Source of the DNA: Flavobacteriaceae bacterium
GTDB lineage: Bacteria; Bacteroidota; Bacteroidia; Flavobacteriales; Flavobacteriaceae
Length of the DNA stretch: 48,947 nucleotides
Direction: 5' to 3'
Assembly (NCBI GenBank): GCA_027066745.1
Contig: JAMONB010000078.1
Coordinates: 1 to 48,947 of the forward strand
The notes beneath the pieces were generated by a model that ran no database searches, was not told the DNA's origin, and saw nothing but the letters and a program-made list of their open reading frames with translations. Both the position numbers and the translations under genes were made by a program. Below are positions 47,099-48,947 of this stretch, one piece after another. The number at the start of each line of letters is the position of its first letter. Positions within the stretch are counted from its first letter, which is position 1.

Positions 47099-47707
47099 AT
47101 GAAAAACCTAGTAGTTTTAGTCAGTTTTCTTTTCGTTTATTCTTTTGGGTATAGTCAAATTTTGAGTGATGTAGATTATGTTGCTCCATTTCACGATGGC
47201 TTAGCAGCAGTTAAGAAAAGTAATCAATGGGCATTTATTAATGAAGATGGTGAAAAAGTAATTGATTTTAGAAATGATATAGTTATGACTTCTAATAAAG
47301 ATTATTCAGATGCATATCCATTATTTAATGATGATAGGTGTTTAATTAGAAGGTTGGTTAAAGGGGTTTATTATTATGGTTATATTAATAGTTTAGGTGA
47401 AGAAATTATCAAACCCCAATATTTAAATGCTACAAAATTTAAAAATGGACATGCTATAATAATAAAGTTTGCTAAAAATGTTATGGGTAATAATGGAGTG
47501 TTAGGTAAACAAGTGGTTACTTATAAGTTGGAAGAGTATGTTATAGATATATCAGGATCTTTAATTAAATATTTAGATAATGCTAGAAATAGTCTTCCAT
47601 CTAAAATAAAAAATAATACACCTCCTAGTTTTTATTCTAAATTTATAACAGCTCGTTTAATAGCTGTAAAGACTAAAAATAATAAATGGAATATTTATAA
47701 ATTTTAA
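47099..47707 (+). CDS. Secreted WG-repeat protein
   Basis: Signal peptide; FHDGLAAVKK..QWAFIN..G, YGYIN..GE.II.PQY....F.NG.A. Confidence 0.8.
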   Translation: MKNLVVLVSFLFVYSFGYSQILSDVDYVAPFHDGLAAVKKSNQWAFINEDGEKVIDFRNDIVMTSNKDYSDAYPLFNDDRCLIRRLVKGVYYYGYINSLGEEIIKPQYLNATKFKNGHAIIIKFAKNVMGNNGVLGKQVVTYKLEEYVIDISGSLIKYLDNARNSLPSKIKNNTPPSFYSKFITARLIAVKTKNNKWNIYKF

Positions 47708-47724
47708 GCTAAAAATAAGATGCT

Positions 47725-48171
47725 ATGATCCTAAATTTTAATCAATTTGCAGTTGAAGGAAATATATTTCTAAAAGATTATACAAAACAATTAAACCTTG
47801 ACGGAGATACAGCTAAGGCTGGACGTATTTTATCTTCAATTTTGCATGGATTGCGAGAAGTAATACCAATGGAAGAGTCATTACAACTTATAGCTCAATT
47901 CCCCATGTTTTTAAAAGCAGTATATGTAAATGGGTGGTCAAGTCGTAAAAAGAATAAAATTAGAAACATGACTGAACTTATTGATCAAATACGAGAATTT
48001 GACGGGGCAACTTCATTATATGATTTTGAATCTGATGAAATTGCAGAAAATTATATTATTGCTACATTTATTGCATTAAGAAAATACATTTCCTTAGGTG
48101 AATTAGAAGATATTAGAGCGGGACTTCCAAAAGATTTAAAATCTATGGTCTACCATAATATTATGTTTTAA
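47725..48171 (+). CDS. DUF2267 family protein
   Basis: LH.LR......ES.QLIAQFP..LKA.Y..GW, ISLGELEDI...LP. Confidence 0.75.
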   Translation: MILNFNQFAVEGNIFLKDYTKQLNLDGDTAKAGRILSSILHGLREVIPMEESLQLIAQFPMFLKAVYVNGWSSRKKNKIRNMTELIDQIREFDGATSLYDFESDEIAENYIIATFIALRKYISLGELEDIRAGLPKDLKSMVYHNIMF

Positions 48172-48192
48172 AATTAAAAAGTTCTTCTTTTA

Positions 48193-48360
48193 TTATAAAT
48201 ATGGCTTTAATTCATTTTTTCGTTTTTCAATCTGTTTTTCCAGATATCTAATAGTCTTCTTGTTACAAACTCAAAAACCATCTTTATTTGAAGATACATG
48301 AATTCTAGGATCGAGAAGATTTAATTGAACATCATAAATTTTTTATTTTCCTGATGATAA
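48193..48360 (-). pseudogene. Degraded hpf/raiA (ribosome hibernation factor) C-terminal fragment
   Basis: LSSGK*KIYDVQLNLLDPRIHVSSNKDGF*VCNKKTIRYLEKQIEKRKNELKPYL* resembles the Flavobacteriaceae HPF C-terminal half; two in-frame stops, no start. Confidence 0.5.
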
Positions 48361-48410
48361 TTATTAGTTGAAGGAAGAAAGGGAGTTTTTTTATGAAAGA
48401 TATAGTGCCA

Positions 48411-48575
48411 AAATAGAAACAGGAATACTTCACGTATCCCTGTTTCAATTTGGAGATTTCAATTTTATAATTTTAACTATAGAATAAACCTTGAAGTATT
48501 TACTTGTTATGGTATCATCAAGAATTAACCTGAATAAATTATAATATTAAAAAACTTCCAATTGGATAAATACCA
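48411..48575 (-). ncRNA. Candidate structured ncRNA, unit A (diverged copy)
   Basis: TACCTTTG -7 element at 48577-48584; long rod CAAUUGGA...UUAUAAUUU / AAAUUAUAA...UCCAAAUUG; terminal hairpin GAAACAGGGAUAC/GUAUUCCUGUUUC-UAUUU. Confidence 0.5.
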
Positions 48576-48616
48576 ACAAAGGTAAAAATCTCTTTCTATA
48601 TTTCACAGCAGTTAGT

Positions 48617-48777
48617 TTTAAATAGAAACAGGAAGCCGAAACTTCCTGTTTCCTGAAGAGTTTAAGATGGCTTCCTTAGCTTATCAAATAATCTTTTATA
48701 CTATTCTATTGCTAAAATCATACTAAAATTATTCAGAGCTAACTAACGTCTTAAAACTCTCCTTAGTTTATACCATT
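48617..48777 (-). ncRNA. Candidate structured ncRNA, unit B
   Basis: TACCGTTG -7-like element at 48781-48788; rod capped by AUUUUA-GCAA-UAGAAU; terminal hairpin GAAACAGGAAGU-UUCG-GCUUCCUGUUUC-UAUUU. Confidence 0.6.
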
Positions 48778-48799
48778 TTGCAACGGTAAGAACCTGTAC

Positions 48800-48947
48800 T
48801 TTAAATAGAAACAGGAAGTCGAAACCTCCTGTTTCCTGAAGAGGTAAAATTTGTTTATTAACTTTTAGATAATTTTTCACACTATTCTATTGCTAAAATC
48901 GTACTAAAACTATGTATAGCTAATCAACGCCTTAAAACTCTCCTTAG
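48800..48947 (-). ncRNA. Candidate structured ncRNA, unit C (5' end beyond the window)
   Basis: Direct repeat of unit B at a 181-183 nt offset with structure-preserving substitutions. Confidence 0.6.

Noticed and set aside
48411-48947. CRISPR array interpretation of the terminal repeats
   Set aside because: The period of 180-210 nt is too long, the intervening sequences of B and C are homologous rather than unique spacers, and no cas genes are in the window

Overview
AT-rich Bacteroidota (Flavobacteriaceae-like) chromosomal window devoted to low-oxygen and nitrogen-oxide respiration. It carries a Crp/Fnr regulator with the cbb3 oxidase cluster (ccoI-S-NO-Q-P-G-H plus a DsbD_2/TauE gene) and a ~26 kb nitrite-to-N2 island. 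The island holds norCB, norQD/norE/norF-like genes, a lipoprotein cd1 nirS, clade II nosZ-nosB-L-D-F-Y and an Rrf2 regulator. It is followed by hemN and stress genes. Reading the intergenic DNA gives a two-motif regulatory grammar: ATGAY-N4-RTCAT set 21-23 nt from the Bacteroidetes -7 element TAnnTTTG, and AAAAGA-N8-TCTTTT found only at N-oxide promoters. Best candidates for undescribed biology: (1) a tandem array of at least three promoter-bearing, rod-folding non-coding RNA units at the right edge (48411-48947); (2) nirS with no heme d1 biosynthesis genes in the window but followed by a heme-receptor-like TonB-dependent transporter, suggesting heme d1 scavenging; (3) an orphan Fnr-type promoter that drives a ~150-nt candidate sRNA behind nosY; (4) a Cys-rich leader ORF / terminator / TonB receptor / CECC beta-propeller cassette that may supply copper to NosZ. 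All assignments come from motif recognition by eye; no database searches were run.
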